Part shown: positions 19,217 to 29,314 of the stretch, piece by piece | Numbering within the stretch: the stretch's first letter is position 1 | How the letters are laid out: each line of letters opens with the position of its first letter | NCBI GenBank assembly: GCA_038153405.1 | Contig: JAYOYH010000007.1 | Coordinates: 43,096-107,095, forward strand | Reading direction: 5' to 3' | Origin: Gemmatimonadota bacterium | Lineage (GTDB): Bacteria; Latescibacterota; UBA2968; UBA8231 | DNA: 64,000 nt | Program-made: the position numbers and the translations under genes | Notes under the pieces: generated by a model | Seen by the model: only the letters and a program-made list of their open reading frames with translations | Told to the model about the DNA's origin: nothing | The model's database searches: none

Positions 19217-20533
19217 CTATTTCTGCCCGTTGAGCTGGGCCAGCCGCTGCTGTATTTGTTCGTGCAGCGGATGGCCCGGTCCCGCGCGCTCGAGGCTTTT
19301 TTGCCACGCTTGCCGAGCGCGCACAGGGCGGCCCGCATTGAATTCACTCAGTCCGTAGGCGTACCATCCGCGCGGGTCGTCAGGCGCTAGGTGCTGCACG
19401 CGTTCGTAATAAGCGCGCGCCTCCTGGCCGCGCTTAAGCAGCTCGAGTGCCACGCCGGCGTTGAGCAGCGTGGGGATGTGCTGTGGCTGTGTGCGCAGGG
19501 CCGCTTTAAACAGGCGGAGAGCGGATAGGGGGCGTTTGTAGCGCAGCATAAGGGCGCCCATTCTTCTGTGTTGTTCGACCTCTGCACCGGGCAGTTCGCT
19601 GGCCAGATCAAACAGGTTTTCCGCTTCGTCTAAGAAACCGTGCTGGGCGAAAAAAGCGCCCAAGCGCTCGTGGTACAGGGGGGATTCCGGGGCGTTGAGT
19701 ATGGATGCACGCAGCTTTTTCATTTGCTTTGGCACGTCTGGATCGCCGGCGCCGATACGCTGTAACCGCTGGAACTTTTGCATGCTCAGTCGAGCTAGGT
19801 CGGCCCGGCCAGCGCGGCGCGCTAGCTGGGCTAAGCGGTAAAAGCCTTCGGCAAAGCCGCTGTCCAATTGAGTGGATTCAGCGAAGGCGACTAGCGCGTC
19901 GTCGTCGTTGCCTGCTCCTTCGTAGGCGCGTCCCAGATAGTAGTGCAGCGTGGAGGCATTGGGGAAGAGGCGGATGGCCTCATTGAATTGCGCAGCGGCC
20001 TCGGCAAAGCGCTCGGTTCCCAGGTATACTTCTCCCAGGCGCCGGTGGACTTCCGGTTGGTTTGGGGCATGGGTCAGCGCTTGCAATAAGTAGTGCTCGG
20101 CCGATTCGTACTGGCCGAGTTTGGTGTAAATCCCGCCCAGATTGAGATAGGTTAGGGCAAAATCAGGTCGCAGCCCGCGTATGCGTTCCAATGCGGCAAT
20201 GGCAAGCGCATAGCGCCCTTCAGAGGCGTGCGCTGTAGCCATGATATTGAGAAGGTCAACGGAGGTCGAATCGATCGCCAACCCCGCTTGGCAAGCGCTT
20301 ACCGCTTCGAGATACTGCCCGTTGACCATGTGCTCCTGCGCGCGCTGCAGGTGGTTTATAGAGGATTGACTTGGGGGCAGGGGGACCGGGGCGGTTTGCT
20401 CCGTCTGCTGGGGGGCGTCGTCGCAGGAGCAGTAGGCGATGGCCAGCAGTAGGAAGATGGTCCACTGCAGAGGCGTACGGGTCCGTTGGGGTGGTCGGCG
20501 CAATAGGGCGTGCAGTGCGTTGGCGTTGGGCAA
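19217..20533 (-). CDS. TPR-repeat lipoprotein
   Basis: An N-terminal signal with AYCSC lipobox-like Cys, and more than 8 TPR-like 34-aa units (A..Y..LG..Y...G.Y..A...). Confidence 0.75.
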   Translation of the reverse strand: MPNANALHALLRRPPQRTRTPLQWTIFLLLAIAYCSCDDAPQQTEQTAPVPLPPSQSSINHLQRAQEHMVNGQYLEAVSACQAGLAIDSTSVDLLNIMATAHASEGRYALAIAALERIRGLRPDFALTYLNLGGIYTKLGQYESAEHYLLQALTHAPNQPEVHRRLGEVYLGTERFAEAAAQFNEAIRLFPNASTLHYYLGRAYEGAGNDDDALVAFAESTQLDSGFAEGFYRLAQLARRAGRADLARLSMQKFQRLQRIGAGDPDVPKQMKKLRASILNAPESPLYHERLGAFFAQHGFLDEAENLFDLASELPGAEVEQHRRMGALMLRYKRPLSALRLFKAALRTQPQHIPTLLNAGVALELLKRGQEARAYYERVQHLAPDDPRGWYAYGLSEFNAGRPVRARQAWQKSLERAGPGHPLHEQIQQRLAQLNGQK

Positions 20534-20664
20534 AAGAAGAAAACCGTGGTTCTTTTATCGTAGACGGAATGCGTACGGAGTCGGATCAGCCAAGCAATAT
20601 AAGCTATTTTGGAGTGTATATTGAACTGCAAGGGTAGAAAAGTGCGTGGAGAATCAACTTTCTC

Positions 20665-21933
20665 ATGAGCGCAAAACAAAGAAAACTTGAACAGCACCAG
20701 CGCGATCAGCGCCAGCGTCGGCGGTGGATGGCCATCGGCTTACTCGCGGCGATTGGCCTGGGAGCCGGCTACTGGCAGTGGCAGCGCACCGTCGATGAGC
20801 GCGAGGCTGCCGAGGCGTTGCGCCGCGGAGATCAGCTTATGGCGCAGGGAAGTGTGCTACAAGCCATTGCCGTCTACCGACGGGCTGTGGAAAGGGCACC
20901 CGAACGAGCAGATGGCTGGGTGAAAATTGCGTCGGCGCATGCGGCCGCCGAGCGCTTTGCAGAGGCAGCGCCGCTGTACGAGCGGGCGCTGGATCGGGAT
21001 CCGGCCCATTTTGAAGCGCGCATTGGTCTGGCCATAAGCCGAGAGCGGCTCGGTGAGTTCTTGGTAGCGGAAGCGCATTACAAAGCAGCCATTGGGCTTC
21101 GGCCGACCTTTGCCGAGATCTACTACAACCTCGGTTATCTGTATCAGCAGCAGCGCTTGTATCAAAACGCAGCGCTCCAATATGAGAAAGCCCTCGAGCT
21201 AAAGCCAAAGTTTATTGGCGCATTGGCCAATTTGGGATGGGTCTGGGACCGACTACACGATCCAGGTAAGGCCGTGGATATATATAAGAGGGCGTTGGCC
21301 CTAAAGCCAGATGAGGTGCCCATATACGTGCGGCTAGGGGCCAGCTATATGAGTATGAGCCAGTATGAGGAAGCAAGGACGGCCTATGAGAAGGCGCTGA
21401 GCTTGGGCGACGAGCGCCCTTCCGTTCTGCATGATTTGGGCGTTATCAATGAACAGGGGGGGCAACTTGAAGAAGCGCGCGTCTATTTTCGCCGGGCTTT
21501 GCAGCAGCAGCCGAGGGCCAGTGAAACGCATTTTCACCTGGCCGGCGTGTTGGATCAGCTAGGGGATCGGGTGGGAGCCGAGGTGCATTTTCGCCGGTCT
21601 ATTGAGTTAGATCCGGATAATGCGGGCGCACATTATGGTCTAGCGCAGCTCTATTTTGCGGTTGGGCGCGGCCAAGAAGGACAGGCATTGTTGAAGATCT
21701 TTGCCCTGCTGAAGGAGTATCAAGGGCGACTGGTCCCGTTGAAGCGCGCCGTGGAACAGGCACCGCGCGATGCACAGGCCGCATACGACTTGGCCCAGTT
21801 ACATATAGAATACGGCCGAGTGCAAAAAGGCGCCGCTATCCTGCAGCGCATTCTCGAGTTGAATCCCGATTTTACAGAAGCGCAAAAACGCCTTGGAGAA
21901 ATCGCGGAGCCATCGAAGGCCGATAGGCTCTAA
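20665..21933 (+). CDS. TPR-repeat protein with an N-terminal membrane anchor
   Basis: A TM segment (WMAIGLLAAIGLGAGYW) and then about 10 TPR units (AHYKAAIGLRP..AEIYYNLGYLYQQQ.. and others). Its 3' end overlaps the convergent downstream gene by 4 nt. Confidence 0.75.
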   Translation: MSAKQRKLEQHQRDQRQRRRWMAIGLLAAIGLGAGYWQWQRTVDEREAAEALRRGDQLMAQGSVLQAIAVYRRAVERAPERADGWVKIASAHAAAERFAEAAPLYERALDRDPAHFEARIGLAISRERLGEFLVAEAHYKAAIGLRPTFAEIYYNLGYLYQQQRLYQNAALQYEKALELKPKFIGALANLGWVWDRLHDPGKAVDIYKRALALKPDEVPIYVRLGASYMSMSQYEEARTAYEKALSLGDERPSVLHDLGVINEQGGQLEEARVYFRRALQQQPRASETHFHLAGVLDQLGDRVGAEVHFRRSIELDPDNAGAHYGLAQLYFAVGRGQEGQALLKIFALLKEYQGRLVPLKRAVEQAPRDAQAAYDLAQLHIEYGRVQKGAAILQRILELNPDFTEAQKRLGEIAEPSKADRL

Positions 21934-23657
21934 GGCTGGATCGTATAGGGGTTGGAACGCAGGTTAATCGCGCTGTGCGAGCCACCCTGATGCACGACGA
22001 GGAGTTGATTAGCCGCTAGGTCGAGCAGGCGCTGGTTCGTTCCGTTAGGCCAGGTAATATCGACAGCGTCAATGCGTTCGGCCGCGCCGAGGCCAAATTG
22101 GGCGCGCAGGTCGCTGTGCGATAGATAGCTTCCAGCGCCGTTAATGCGCCGGCGCTGGCGTACGTCCCCGCTGGTAACCTCGATCAGCGCGCCGACTCCG
22201 TCGCGGCTGTCCGCACGGCCGATAAGCTGCACGTACAGCCAATTTTGCCGGTTGCCACCCTCGTTGCGCATCAGCACGGCGCGATCGTTTAAGTTGACGA
22301 CTAAAATGTCGAAGTCGCCGTCATTGTCATAGTCGCCAAAGGCCGCCCCTCTGCTGACCTGTTCAAGTGCGAGCGCGCGTGCGGCTTCTACTTGCTTAAA
22401 GCGCCCGTTTCCGACGTTGGAAAAAAGTTGGTTGGGTTGCCTGTAGCGCGATCCCGTATCGATGCGGTCGACCTGAGGGTATACGTGGCCGTTGGCCACG
22501 AACACGTCCAATAGCCCATCGTTGTCAAAATCGAAAAAGCGCGTCCCCCAGCCCATTAAATCAATGGTGGGTCCGGCTAGGCCTGCCGTCGTCGTCACAT
22601 CGGTAAAGCGCAGGCCGCCTTCGTTGCGGTATAGCGTATTGGTTTCGCTAAAGAAATGGGTGACGTAGACGTCGGGATCGCCGTCGTTGTCGTAATCGGC
22701 AAAGTCGACGCCCATGCCCGCCTCGGTGTCCCCATCGGCATTGTAAGCGACGCCAGCCATTAACGCGACGTCTTCAAACGTGCCGTCTCCGCGATTGTGG
22801 AAGAGGACGTTGGGCGTTTCGTCGTTGGCGACAAAGAGATCCAATAGCCCATCGCCATTGTAGTCTTCGGGCACGACTCCGAGGCCGTAATAGCGGTTGG
22901 CGCGTCCGATGCCGGAGGCCTCCGTGACGTCGGTAAAGACGCCGTTGCCCTCGTTGCGGTAGAGTACGTCTGGCGCGCCGACCAATCCTTTGGGGCCGCA
23001 GTAGACCTGCAGGCCGCCGTAAAAGGTGCAGAGCTGGGGGTCAGCAGGGCGATTTTCGGCGTCAAAAACGACGTAGTTAGTGACGTAGAGGTCGAGGTCG
23101 CCGTCGTTATCGTAGTCGAAGAACGCCGAACTGGCACTGAAGTCATCGCCCGCAGTGCCGGCTGCCTGCGTGCCATCGACAAAGGTACCCCTGCCTTCGT
23201 TGAGGTAGAGCATATTGGCGCCAAAGTTGGTGACGTAGAGGTCGCGATCGCCATCGTTGTCGACGTCGCCGACGGCAATGCCCGTACCCCAACCGGCGTG
23301 GTCTGCACCGGAAGCGGCGCTGTGGTCGGCGTAGTGCCCCTCGCCGTCGTTGAGGTAAAACTGATTGCCCGGCCCCGACTGATCTAAATAGGTTGAAAAG
23401 GTCGCTCCGTTGGGGAGATACAGATCTAAGTCCCCGTCGTTATCTGCATCGAAAAAGGCCGCACCGTTGCCGTGCGCTTCCAGCACGTAGCGCTTGTCGA
23501 GGTCGCCGCAGACATTGTCATAAGCAATGCCAGCGGCCTGTGTTTGGTCGCTAAAGTGCACCTGTGCCGACAGCGCTAGAGGGGCGAGGGCAAAGCCATG
23601 CCCGAGAATAATCGACTTGATCAATTTCGACTTCGTACGAATGCGTGATGGCCTCAT
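21930..23657 (-). CDS. CRTAC1-family FG-GAP/ASPIC-UnbV protein (paralog)
   Basis: A signal peptide, repeated F.DYDNDGD.DLYV.N motifs, and a C-terminal NWLYVQLIGRADSRDGVGALIEV...GAGSYLS. Confidence 0.8.
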   Translation of the reverse strand: MRPSRIRTKSKLIKSIILGHGFALAPLALSAQVHFSDQTQAAGIAYDNVCGDLDKRYVLEAHGNGAAFFDADNDGDLDLYLPNGATFSTYLDQSGPGNQFYLNDGEGHYADHSAASGADHAGWGTGIAVGDVDNDGDRDLYVTNFGANMLYLNEGRGTFVDGTQAAGTAGDDFSASSAFFDYDNDGDLDLYVTNYVVFDAENRPADPQLCTFYGGLQVYCGPKGLVGAPDVLYRNEGNGVFTDVTEASGIGRANRYYGLGVVPEDYNGDGLLDLFVANDETPNVLFHNRGDGTFEDVALMAGVAYNADGDTEAGMGVDFADYDNDGDPDVYVTHFFSETNTLYRNEGGLRFTDVTTTAGLAGPTIDLMGWGTRFFDFDNDGLLDVFVANGHVYPQVDRIDTGSRYRQPNQLFSNVGNGRFKQVEAARALALEQVSRGAAFGDYDNDGDFDILVVNLNDRAVLMRNEGGNRQNWLYVQLIGRADSRDGVGALIEVTSGDVRQRRRINGAGSYLSHSDLRAQFGLGAAERIDAVDITWPNGTNQRLLDLAANQLLVVHQGGSHSAINLRSNPYTIQP

Positions 23658-23661
23658 GAAC

Positions 23662-25965
23662 CTATTCTGTTTCGGTGAAGTGCAGCACTTGGTTGGTCTG
23701 TAAGGGACCGTGCCGCTCGCTCTGTCCAGAGGGCCAGTAGATATGCAGGCTATCTACGATCTCTTGCTGACCGAGACCGAATTCGAGCGCAAAGCTGCTG
23801 GTCGAGCCAAAGCCACCGCCGCTCTGGATTTCGGCGCGGAGCGCGCGTCTGCCGCTATAGACAACGGCCTGGGCGCCGATGGCGGAAGTGTTGGGGGGGC
23901 GTCCCTCTATATCGACGCTGAGCCACCGGTTGGAAGTTCCTTCGTTGCGGTAGAGGCTGTTGGGCCACAGGTCGCCGGGATAGTGGCCGCCGAGCCCCAC
24001 GTAGAAGTCTACATCGCCGTCGCCGTCGTAGTCGGCAAAGGCGACGCCGTGGCCCTTACCTTGATTGTCGACGCCGGCATCGCTGGCCACGTCCACATAG
24101 CTACCGTCGCGGGCGATAAAAAGCGCATTCGGCTCAAAGCGCGCCATAATAGGGCCGCCATTGGCCAGGTATATATCGATTTGCCCATCGCCGTCTAGGT
24201 CGCTGTAGCCGGCCCCCATCGAGCCAAATGCGCGCGCTAGGCCGGCGTCGGGTGCCCGTTCGTGAAAGCGATCGTTGCCGTCGTTGCGGTAGAGGTGTGC
24301 GCGACTGCGGTAGATGCCTGCGTCGCTCGTGGCCGAGGCCACAAAGTCCTCGTAATAGGCCATCGCCGAAACGAAAATATCTAGGTCGCCGTCGCTGTCG
24401 CTATCAAAAAAGAGGGGGACATAGCTGCCGTTGACCGGCGCGCTGACGCCGGCCTTTTCTGCCATATCGGCAAAGCGACCGCCGTCGTTGCGGAAGAGGC
24501 GATTGGCACCGGCGACATTGGCCACGTAAAGATCGAGATCGCCGTCGCCGTCGTAGTCGCCAAAGGCCACGCCCAAGGATTTGCCCACATCGTCTATGCC
24601 AAAAGGCGCTGCGCGCTCGCGGAACCTCCCGCTTCCGCTGTTGATATACAATTTGTTGGGTGCCCCGCTGCCGGTTACGCCGTCGGCCACGTAGAGGTCT
24701 AGCCAGCCGTCGCCGTCGACGTCGCCCCAGGCGGCGGTAAAGCTATCGTCTCCGTCTTCGGTGCCCGCTGTCGCCGCGATATCGGCAAAGCGCGCGTAGC
24801 CGTCGTTTTGGTAGAGGGAGTTGACCTCGGCACCTTCCCACGCGTCGCGCGTCACGTAGAGGTCGCTATCGCCGTCGCCGTCAAAATCGGCAGCAATGGC
24901 GGCCCAGCCCCCGATGTGTTTATCCAGTTCAGATCGCTCCGATGCGGGTGCAAAGCGTCCGTTGTCCTGTATAAACAGCCCGTGAGGTGTGGATATCCCG
25001 ACGGTGAAAAGGTCGAGATGGTCGTCGCCGTCCAAGTCGGCCCACGCTACGCCGCGGCCGCGGTCGGTTTTGTCGACCCGGTTTTCTGGCGCCACGTCGG
25101 TAAAATGCACCGGAGACGGCTGCTGCCCGTGTGCAGGTGAAATGACGTAGGCGGATGGCAGATTGCCCGGATAGGTAGCGTGTGCTGCTAGGTAGGCCAG
25201 GCGCAGGTTCCAGAGGCGCACCGGCCGCTGCGGAGAAGCGGAGGGCAGAACGTCGATTGCGCGCTTATAGGCTTCGATGGCGCCGATAAAATCGCGCTGC
25301 CAGTGTCGTGCCGTGGCCAGTAAAAAGGGCAGATGCAAATCGTCGGGGGCCTTTTGCAGGAGATCTTCAAAATCGCGCTCGGCGCGTTCAAACTGTCCCA
25401 ATCGCAGGCGCGAAGCAGCGGCCCCGGCCTTGGCCTTGACCATTTCGGGATCCACTTTCAGAATGGCCTCATACTGCTCTAAGGCTCCCTCTGGACTGGG
25501 GGGTGCATCCGTCATTAACACATCGGCATAGGCCATGCAGGCCGGCGTAAAGGTTGGAAAGCGCTCGACGATGAGCTTGAGCAGTTTGCGCGCCTCGCCG
25601 TCGCGTCGCATCATGCGGTATACCTGTGCCAGTTGAAAGGGCGCGTCAACGCGCAGAGTATCCAGCCGTATGGCGCGCTGAAGAATGGGGATGGCTTGTT
25701 CTAACTGGCGCTTGCGCATACTGATTTCGGCTAGGCCGAGCAGGGCCGTATACTCCGTCGAGTCGCGCAGGACGATTTGGCCAAAGAGCACACGCGCTGA
25801 ATCGAGCTGGGAACGGGCTACGAGCTGCATGGCCCGTTCATAGAGCGCGGGGATGTGCTCTTTAGATGGAGGTTCCGGTTCGGGTACAGGATCACAGCTA
25901 ACCACTGCGATCGCTGCTACAACAACGAATAGGGCCGAACGGGCAATGCGCATACGGGCAGTCAT
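23662..25965 (-). CDS. Fusion lipoprotein: N-terminal TPR region plus FG-GAP/ASPIC-UnbV beta-propeller
   Basis: The start was chosen at the internal Met (MTARMRIARSALFVVVAAIAVVSC, lipobox), which avoids overlap with the upstream gene. The N-terminal ~300 aa are TPR-like; the C-terminal 500 aa have FG-GAP motifs and an ASPIC tail (RWLSVDIEGRPPNTSAIGA). Confidence 0.8.
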   Translation of the reverse strand: MTARMRIARSALFVVVAAIAVVSCDPVPEPEPPSKEHIPALYERAMQLVARSQLDSARVLFGQIVLRDSTEYTALLGLAEISMRKRQLEQAIPILQRAIRLDTLRVDAPFQLAQVYRMMRRDGEARKLLKLIVERFPTFTPACMAYADVLMTDAPPSPEGALEQYEAILKVDPEMVKAKAGAAASRLRLGQFERAERDFEDLLQKAPDDLHLPFLLATARHWQRDFIGAIEAYKRAIDVLPSASPQRPVRLWNLRLAYLAAHATYPGNLPSAYVISPAHGQQPSPVHFTDVAPENRVDKTDRGRGVAWADLDGDDHLDLFTVGISTPHGLFIQDNGRFAPASERSELDKHIGGWAAIAADFDGDGDSDLYVTRDAWEGAEVNSLYQNDGYARFADIAATAGTEDGDDSFTAAWGDVDGDGWLDLYVADGVTGSGAPNKLYINSGSGRFRERAAPFGIDDVGKSLGVAFGDYDGDGDLDLYVANVAGANRLFRNDGGRFADMAEKAGVSAPVNGSYVPLFFDSDSDGDLDIFVSAMAYYEDFVASATSDAGIYRSRAHLYRNDGNDRFHERAPDAGLARAFGSMGAGYSDLDGDGQIDIYLANGGPIMARFEPNALFIARDGSYVDVASDAGVDNQGKGHGVAFADYDGDGDVDFYVGLGGHYPGDLWPNSLYRNEGTSNRWLSVDIEGRPPNTSAIGAQAVVYSGRRALRAEIQSGGGFGSTSSFALEFGLGQQEIVDSLHIYWPSGQSERHGPLQTNQVLHFTETE

Positions 25966-26780
25966 TCGATAACGTAGTCGATGCCCGTCAGTTCCTGCAG
26001 CGCTTTGCGAGCGGCTTCGGCATCGGGGCCTTGGCGCTGTTTCAATAAGTCCAGCAGCGCCTCTGCTGAGGCCGTATCCCCCCGAGCAGAAATTCCACGC
26101 ACCGCTTCCAAACGGACCCACTCGCTGGGGTCTTGCAGCGCCGCGCGAAGCAGGGGCAGTGCGTCATCGATGGGGCGAATGGCCGCTATTTGGGTGGCGA
26201 TATAGCGGACCTTTTCGTCGGGGTCGCGCATGGAGCGCAATACGGCCGGCGCGGCACTCGGCGACCAGATTTTATTGATGGCGGCCAGGGCGCTCTGGCG
26301 CACGATGGCGATACTATCGCCAAGCGCTAGCTGGAGCACGTGCGTAGCCGATGTGTCGCGGAAGCCGGGTAGGCCCTCCGCTGCGGCGGCGCGCAGATCG
26401 GCGTGGGGCGAAGAGAGTAGGAACTGTCGCACGGTATCGAGGAGAGCCGGCACGTGGATCTTCGACAGCGCGAGGACGGCTTCTTTGGCAATGTGCGTAT
26501 TGGGGTCGTGGGCGAGTGCGCGCAGCGCGTTTTCGGCGCGGGGGGAGCCTATCCGGCCGAGGACCTGAGCGCCTATATAGCGCAGGGTATCCGAGCCGCT
26601 GTCCATGGCTGCGATGAGCGGTTCAACGGCCGTGCTGCCTTGGTCGACGAGGCGATAGGCCGCTTTGCGTCGCACCGCCGACGAGGCATCGGCTAAATCG
26701 CTTACGAGCTGGTCGGTGCTGTGTTGCTCACAGCCCAGACAGCAGAGCAGAGCGATGACTAAGTATCGAGGGAACGGCAT
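25962..26780 (-). CDS. HEAT-repeat (PBS-lyase-type) lipoprotein
   Basis: The signal peptide ends LLCCLGCEQ (lipobox). Repeated A..A(A)..L(G)..(G/R)...A...L..LL.D.d..VR..A helical hairpins fit HEAT/PBS repeats. Confidence 0.7.
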   Translation of the reverse strand: MPFPRYLVIALLCCLGCEQHSTDQLVSDLADASSAVRRKAAYRLVDQGSTAVEPLIAAMDSGSDTLRYIGAQVLGRIGSPRAENALRALAHDPNTHIAKEAVLALSKIHVPALLDTVRQFLLSSPHADLRAAAAEGLPGFRDTSATHVLQLALGDSIAIVRQSALAAINKIWSPSAAPAVLRSMRDPDEKVRYIATQIAAIRPIDDALPLLRAALQDPSEWVRLEAVRGISARGDTASAEALLDLLKQRQGPDAEAARKALQELTGIDYVIE

Positions 26781-26876
26781 GGCGGGAAATGGGGGATTGC
26801 ACTGTTCCGAGGGGAAGATACCTCTCGGAACAGCGCGTTGTATTTAAGCAGTGAGAAAATGGATCGCAGTGCGGTC

Positions 26877-28058
26877 TCAGTTGACCATCTGCATAAGGCG
26901 CTGCGTCATGGAGCCTTCCTGAGTCAGCGCGTAGACGATGACGTTGATCGCCATTTGCATCTGGCGCAGCTTATCCTGCCCTTCAACGGATTCCGTATAC
27001 CCCAGGCCGAGGCTGAAATCGATTCCTACGAGGCGCCCCTTTATAAAGTGTCCCGTGGTATATTGCCAAGCATTTTGGTTCTTGTTGGAACTGGTTCCGC
27101 GCGTCGAAGTAGGCGCTCCCCCTTTGAAATCGAAATAGGAGCTGAAGACCGGGTGGTCGTCTGGGAGGCGCTCAGACCAGAAATCGCGGCCCTCTACCAA
27201 ACCGCCGTACTTTTCGAGGCCCTCTTTAACAAAACCGATGCCGCCAAAAATAAATCCGCCGGACAGCAGATAGCGGGTCATCTGCTCCAATTCGCTCTCG
27301 TTGGGTGCACCTGCGGGCAGGATAATGGGTATTTCCAATAGGCGATCGTCGTCGTAGGTGATGCTGCCGATGAAATCGGCGCTGATGCCCGTATACTCGT
27401 TCAGGCCGTTAACTAAAAAGCGCAGATTATTGGTCGATCCGGTCGCCGTGCCCGAAGCCAGTGCGGCAGCAGATATTACGCGGGCAAAGTTGATGAACCC
27501 TTTAATGGCCTGCGGATCGCCCTGTTCCTGCACGAGCATGGCGCGGTAGCGTCCGGTGTCCATGCTATTGACGTCGAGCATTTCAAGCGCCATATCGATT
27601 TTATTGTCCGGTTGGCGCGTGCCCGTAATGTCTACGGCGGTCATGGAAGGCTCCAGGGCAACCGTCCCCAAATCCACGGAGCGGGCCACCATCATCGATG
27701 GGCTTGCAGTCATGTTGAGTGCGGAAATGGTGCTAAAACTGGCCGTGGCCTTCACCTGGTCCATCCGCGCGCGCGTGGCTACGGTCTGGCGCTGGATCAT
27801 TTGCCGTTTGGGTTTGGGGATCTTGCGCAGTTCAAGTGGCTTGGTCAGCCGCGGTTCGCGCTTTATGAACTTGGTCGTCAGCGGCCTTGGAGCCGTCTCA
27901 ACCGTCTCTTCCAGGGGATCGATGATCGCCGCGCAAAGGTGGATGAGCACGGCGAGTATCAGCGATAATAGGAGATACTTATGGAGCTCTTTGAGAAGAA
28001 TCTCAGGATGGAACGATCGGGCGGGTGAAACAAAGCGCCGCGCAATGCCTGAACTCAT
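26877..28058 (-). CDS. Hypothetical membrane-anchored protein, possibly DUF4159-like C-terminal domain
   Basis: An N-terminal TM (YLLLSLILAVLIHLCAAII). The C-terminal segment TRYLLSGGFIFGG...RDFWSERLPDDHPVFSSYFDF resembles the DUF4159 signature as I recall it. This is a tentative assignment made from memory. Confidence 0.45.
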   Translation of the reverse strand: MSSGIARRFVSPARSFHPEILLKELHKYLLLSLILAVLIHLCAAIIDPLEETVETAPRPLTTKFIKREPRLTKPLELRKIPKPKRQMIQRQTVATRARMDQVKATASFSTISALNMTASPSMMVARSVDLGTVALEPSMTAVDITGTRQPDNKIDMALEMLDVNSMDTGRYRAMLVQEQGDPQAIKGFINFARVISAAALASGTATGSTNNLRFLVNGLNEYTGISADFIGSITYDDDRLLEIPIILPAGAPNESELEQMTRYLLSGGFIFGGIGFVKEGLEKYGGLVEGRDFWSERLPDDHPVFSSYFDFKGGAPTSTRGTSSNKNQNAWQYTTGHFIKGRLVGIDFSLGLGYTESVEGQDKLRQMQMAINVIVYALTQEGSMTQRLMQMVN

Positions 28059-29131
28059 TGTAAAACCCTTTTCTCGTAGTGAACGGGCCGCTGCTTTGAA
28101 AAGACGAGATCGCCGATGCCCAGTGTCTGACCGCGTTTACGCACAGCGCGCTCCAACTTGTGGAGTCGCACCGTTGCCGAAGTGGGACCGACGGCTACTA
28201 CTTTTACTCGGCCCAGCTTCATCTGCCTGTTTTCTCGCTGGAACACATCGAGCTGCATCCCTTCAATAATGCCATGATTAGCCCCTCTGTCAATGCGATA
28301 CTGAGGTCGGTTGTCTTCATCGGTCGCTAGGATGGTGGAGATCGTTCCCCACAGGGGCAGGTGTGCGTCAATTTGGGGCAGGAGATCGCGTATCATGCAA
28401 TCGATGAGATGGCCGCCGATGGCCGCATCGTTTTCGAGTGGGGATAGATACCAGCGGTCAGCGGAATTCAGCATGCGCAGGGAGGGTGGGTTTTTAAAGC
28501 GCTGACGCATAATCGGTGCTACGTAATCGCGTATGACCTCGGGGTGGGTATAGCCCGGATATTTGTCGGGATTGTAAACAAATCGGTTGTCGTGCTGCAG
28601 CATGATAGTGCTATCCTGTAAAGCGGACCAGACGATTTTATCGCGCTGGGTTTCTATCAGTCTAACTTCGATCGCCGCGCTCAGTGCGGGAAGAGCGGCT
28701 ACTTCTCTGGGCTGAGAGTCGGCGGAACCGGAAAGCGTGGCTGCACTCGGCTCTGTGTAATACAGTGTGCGGTTGCGGTACAGCCTATCGATGCGCCGCA
28801 GCACGAAGTGTAAAACAAAGTCGATGCCTTCCTCCGCTTGAAATACGCTTCGTCCCCGCTGATCTAACTGTGCCGCTCGCGAGACCAGCCTGCAGCGGGG
28901 AAGGGTACCCAAGCCCCGCATTACGCCTTTTTGGGCCCGATAGCTTGCCGACTCGTATAGCGAATCGAGATGATCCCATCGCTTATCGGCGTCGGTCTCG
29001 TCGCTGAATGCGATGGCAACATTTAGGTGGGGTCTGGCCTGTAGGGCAGAGGGAGCAATTAGACCGAGGAGGATGCTCCACGCGCTCCACCGTATCATGA
29101 GCCTCTTTTCGTAGTCTATATTGAGCGCCAA
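28055..29131 (-). CDS. Hypothetical secreted protein (first gene of the long minus-strand operon)
   Basis: Signal peptide (MIRWSAWSILLGLIAPSALQA). No known motif. There is a 4-nt overlap with the downstream gene. Confidence 0.5.
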   Translation of the reverse strand: MALNIDYEKRLMIRWSAWSILLGLIAPSALQARPHLNVAIAFSDETDADKRWDHLDSLYESASYRAQKGVMRGLGTLPRCRLVSRAAQLDQRGRSVFQAEEGIDFVLHFVLRRIDRLYRNRTLYYTEPSAATLSGSADSQPREVAALPALSAAIEVRLIETQRDKIVWSALQDSTIMLQHDNRFVYNPDKYPGYTHPEVIRDYVAPIMRQRFKNPPSLRMLNSADRWYLSPLENDAAIGGHLIDCMIRDLLPQIDAHLPLWGTISTILATDEDNRPQYRIDRGANHGIIEGMQLDVFQRENRQMKLGRVKVVAVGPTSATVRLHKLERAVRKRGQTLGIGDLVFSKQRPVHYEKRVLQ

Positions 29132-29285
29132 ATTGTGCGTAAAAATACATCTGCCTTAAGGCAATAACAATAATTATTTTTTTAGTTGTATGGGATTTTA
29201 AGATATAGACAACTATAGCCAAACACAGGCAATGCAATGCGTTTATGAATTTGTTAAGAATTTTGAAAAAGGGGGCGATATGATC

Positions 29286-29314
29286 TTGACTTTGGTTGCA
29301 CTGCCAATTATCTT
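29286..29314 (+). promoter_or_regulatory. Sigma70-like promoter TTGACT-17-TATCTT in a ~270-bp AT-rich divergent intergenic region
   Basis: TTGACT at 29286-29291 and TATCTT at 29309-29314. The island at 29132-29400 is far more AT-rich than the flanking DNA and separates divergent operons. Confidence 0.35.

Noticed and set aside
20534-20664. 131-bp intergenic region checked for small RNA or tRNA
   Set aside because: It has no cloverleaf-compatible sequence and no conserved motif. It is probably just the divergent promoter region for the two TPR genes.
23710-24198. 162-aa plus-strand ORF and similar internal ORFs (22760..23308, 24808..25140)
   Set aside because: They are embedded antisense within the FG-GAP/ASPIC genes. 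Their repetitive composition mirrors the repeat DNA on the coding strand.
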